Source: an uncultured delta proteobacterium
GTDB lineage: Bacteria; Desulfobacterota; Desulfobacteria; Desulfobacterales; SG8-13
Assembly (NCBI GenBank): GCA_963792945.1
Contig: CAWBYM010000008.1
Location: 56,792 to 120,791 of the forward strand
DNA length: 64,000 nt
Reading direction: 5' to 3'
A model generated the notes under the pieces. It was not told the DNA's origin. It saw only the letters and a program-made list of their open reading frames with translations, and searched no databases. Below, in pieces: positions 61,243 to 64,000 of this stretch (positions within the stretch are counted from its first letter, which is position 1; each line of letters starts with the position of its first letter). The position numbers were made by a program, and so were the translations under genes.

Positions 61243-62438
61243 ATGAAAAAATTTACCGTTATTACACTTGCCATTGCGCTGACAGCCGTCTTCGCCGTCA
61301 CCGCCATGGCCAACGAGTGGAACCTGTACGGCAACGCCCGTATGGCGACTTTCTACACCAGCGACTCCCTGGACGACCGCCAGGCGCTCGATCCGGCCGA
61401 CCGCGGCAGCATCAAGAACACCCAGTGGGACCTGCAGGGCAACTCCCGTATCGGCGCCACCGTCAAGGGTGACATGATCGATGCGCGTTTCGAGTTCGGC
61501 GTCAACGAAGCCAGCGTCACTTCCCGCCGCATCTACGGCGTGTGGAAGTTCGCCGACGGCTGGGGGTTCAAGGTCGGTAAAGACTACACCCCGATCACCT
61601 TCTTCCTCTCCGGCCAGGTCTTCGATACGGACAGCGGCCTGCTCCAACTCGGCAACGCCTACGGCGGCCGTCTCGGCCAGCTGGCCATCGAGGGCATGGG
61701 CTTCAAGTTCGCCGCCATCACCAACGCTTCCGGCTCGATCACGATCGTCGATCCGATTGCCGGCGACGGTATTACCTATGTCGGTGCCGGAACCGAGTCC
61801 TACTTCCCGAAACTGGAGGCCTCCTACCAGTTCAAGTTCGGCGATGCCATGAGCGTCCACGCCATGGGTGGTTTTGCGTCCAAGAAATACTACTTCAACG
61901 AGGTAAATGCGACACGGGCATCACCACGCGCTCCAGCAAGACCATCAACGCCTGGATGGTCGGTCTGGGCGGCGAGTTCAACTTCGGCCCGATGTTCGTC
62001 AAGCCCCAGGCCAGCTACTACCAGAACGGCGGTTCTGTTGGTTGGACCAGCGGCGTGATCAACGCCGCGCTTTCCGGTGTTGCTGGTTTGGGTGACCTCG
62101 GCGAACAGACGAGCGGACCGATTCTTCTCGGCGAAAAAGTCGTCGATGTCAACACCCTGATGGGCATGCTGGCCCTCGGTTTCTCGCCGACCGAGCAGCT
62201 GACCCTCGAAGCGGGCGGCGGCGTTGTCTGGAGCGAAGGCAAGGATGATTTCCAATTGGATGACCAGACCTACTACGAAGTTTACCTGCAGGCCGTCTAC
62301 CAGATGGCCCCGGGCGTCTTCGTGATTCCTGAAATCGGCTACCGTGACTACGGCGAACTCGATTTCAAAGATGACAGAGCCAATGTCGATCTGGGCAACC
62401 TGTTCTACTTTGGTGCCAAGTGGCAGATCAACTTCTAA
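61243..62438 (+). CDS. Major outer-membrane porin (frameshift near 61910)
   Basis: Signal peptide, W.LYG.ARM.TF, LQGNSRIGA, strong codon bias; second frame ends FVIPE...YFGAKWQINF. Confidence 0.85.
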
Positions 62439-62486
62439 TTTAAATTCGGCTTAGCCGAATGCCGAATTTAAATGATGAATAAACTG

Positions 62487-62517
62487 AAAACCCGGAGCTT
62501 CGGCTCCGGGTTTTTTT
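62487..62517 (+). terminator. Intrinsic terminator of the porin gene
   Basis: AAAACCCGGAGC-TTCG-GCTCCGGGTTTTTTT. Confidence 0.9.
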
Positions 62518-62769
62518 ATGCGTTTTGGCGGGGGGCTACGCCAGTGAGATCGATAAAGGTAGGATGCTCGGTTTGATTTATAGCGTCCTCATCAGCACAT
62601 GAACGATATGGAGATCGTAAGCATTCACAGGGCACCGCATCTGATATGTTTTCGGGCAATTGAAGTACAAAAGTGCGTCTGCGCGCCCGATGCCTTGCAT
62701 CCGCGATACCCTGTAAATGCTTACGATTCTTCGGTCTCAAGCTCATTGGAGGTTGCACCCCGCGAACCG

Positions 62770-62960
62770 ATAACTGGAGATCTTTATCTACGGAATAGAC
62801 GATACGATGGTGACTATTGGTGCGGCGGGAATCGAAGCCCTTCAAAGTTACGACGAACTTTTCGAACGGTGGCGGTGGTTTGAAAGAATTTTCCTGCAGC
62901 AGATTCAACAAAGATTCAGCACTGTTGTCAATACCGCGGCCAAAGTGCTTGACCGCGGTG
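62770..62960 (-). pseudogene. Degenerate Txe/YoeB toxin gene
   Basis: LLQENSFKPPPPFEKFVVTLKGFDSRRTNSHHRIVYSV resembles the YoeB pattern NP....P.EKL.GDL.G..SRRI...HRLVY; no intact start or antitoxin. Confidence 0.6.
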
Positions 62961-62998
62961 ATCTGCTTTCAACTCCGAGCAGCTCAAGCCTCGCTTGG

Positions 62999-63097
62999 AA
63001 ATCCCCCCTGGCCGCCCCTTTCCAAAGGGGGGAACTGAAGACGACCCGTTGCCGGATTATCTTGTCCCCCCTTTTTCAAAGGGGGACAGGGGGATTT
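62999..63097. repeat. REP/MITE-like double-hairpin palindromic element (copy 2)
   Basis: AAATCCCCC...GGGGGATTT enclosing CCCCTTT-CC-AAAGGGG and CCCCCTTT-TTC-AAAGGGGG. Confidence 0.65.
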
Positions 63098-63171
63098 TCT
63101 AAATGACCCTATCCGTTGCGGTCCCGCTATTCATTTCCGCCCGGCAGACCCGCCGACAACACCGCTGTTTT

Positions 63172-64000
63172 TTATTGCTCGGTTGTCACTTGCGGCCCCT
63201 CAGAGATCGCCTCGAGTTCGTAGGCGATGAGAGTCGATTTGGGGGTGGTGAGCATAACCGAGCCCGATTTGGTGACGAGGGCGAACACCAGTTCTTCCTT
63301 GCCGTCGCCGTCGAAATCGGCCACCTGAAGGTCACGGATATAGCCGGACATTTTGCGGGTGGACCACACCGGCATCAGTCCGACCCCGTCCCAGGCAAAG
63401 GCCTCGATGTGGGCGTCGGTGAAATCACGCCGGTTCCAGCGCATGCCCAACAGTTCGTGGTTCTTGACGACAACCACCTGGTTTTTGGCGCCCTCTTCGG
63501 TGGTGGTGCCTTTGCGCACGATGATCCGCATGGGCAGGAAGATGGGGTCTCCCTCCTGGCCTTTGTCGGATTTTTCGCCGCTGACGAAGAGGGTGCTGCC
63601 GCCGTATTTCTCGCCGCTCTTCCAGAGGGACTCGCCCCCGGTAGGCGAGACGATGACGATGCGGTTGCCCTGATCGATGGCCACCAGGGTTTCTTCGCCA
63701 TTGTTCTGCACGTCCCCTATGGCGATACCCAAAACGTTGAAGCGTGAGCGTCCGGGGGTGCCGACGGAGTTCTGGGGCACGTAGGCGCCGCCGTCCCAGG
63801 CCATCTCGACAATTCCCCCGCGGTAAGGCTCCCACAAGCGGGCCTTCTGCCCCAGCAGGATCCGGCCGCGGCCCGGAGGGTCGCTGACCCGAAAATACCA
63901 GGCCAGGTCAGAGGCGATTTCCACGAACGCCTTGCCGTCGTATTCGCGCACATAAGAGCGCACGAGGGTTTTATTGGTATTCAGGGCCGTGACGAAGACT
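63172..64000 (-). CDS. FG-GAP/VCBS repeat protein (C-terminal part; starts beyond right edge)
   Basis: IGDVQNNGEETLV and VADFDGDGKEELV repeats; frame open to window end. Confidence 0.72.
   Translation of the reverse strand, partial: VFVTALNTNKTLVRSYVREYDGKAFVEIASDLAWYFRVSDPPGRGRILLGQKARLWEPYRGGIVEMAWDGGAYVPQNSVGTPGRSRFNVLGIAIGDVQNNGEETLVAIDQGNRIVIVSPTGGESLWKSGEKYGGSTLFVSGEKSDKGQEGDPIFLPMRIIVRKGTTTEEGAKNQVVVVKNHELLGMRWNRRDFTDAHIEAFAWDGVGLMPVWSTRKMSGYIRDLQVADFDGDGKEELVFALVTKSGSVMLTTPKSTLIAYELEAISEGPQVTTEQ

Noticed and set aside
2..63953. Many long antisense or alternate-frame ORFs (e.g. 4749-6080, 2220-3038, 16046-16930, 51771-52529)
   Set aside because: Shadows of GC-rich genes on the opposite strand, with no RBS or family motifs
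1..64000. tRNA, rRNA, transposase or integrase
   Set aside because: No cloverleaf or rRNA signatures and no DDE, tyrosine or serine recombinase motifs seen by eye

Overview
Bacterial chromosomal window, most likely from a sulfate-reducing deltaproteobacterium (Desulfobacterales-like). That assignment is inferred from the selenocysteine-containing periplasmic formate dehydrogenase, tetraheme cytochrome c3, CooT/DUF3842 and the porin type. (1) 1-26 kb is an accessory, partly decayed region. It holds a Cys-type arylsulfatase with its radical-SAM maturase, a tandem DUF1254/DUF1214 protein, a methyltransferase with a PqqD-like tail, MscS, SYLF, patatin-GntP, a META lipoprotein, an outer-membrane barrel, DUF3611 and a membrane-anchored sigma-54 activator. 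Three minus-strand promoters here share TTGGCATG-N4-TTG plus the same TAAATATCGCG box 119-120 bp upstream, which defines a candidate local sigma-54 regulon (best novel candidate). (2) 26-32 kb contains miscellaneous membrane genes. (3) 32-50.8 kb contains a B12-riboswitch btuCDF-like/cbiL operon and a Ni/Co ECF operon that is split between cbiQ and cbiO by an AT-richer formate dehydrogenase cassette (in-frame UGA plus SECIS). (4) 51-58.5 kb is core argS-SPOR-gatC-gatA-small ORF-mutL, interrupted by inverted 7-bp repeat arrays around a four-helix-bundle gene. Several frameshifts here look like long-read errors. (5) 58.6-64 kb contains FadL, a major porin, a YoeB remnant and a truncated FG-GAP/VCBS protein. 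No rRNA, tRNA, CRISPR, transposase or integrase was seen. All family assignments come from motif recognition by eye, not database searches.
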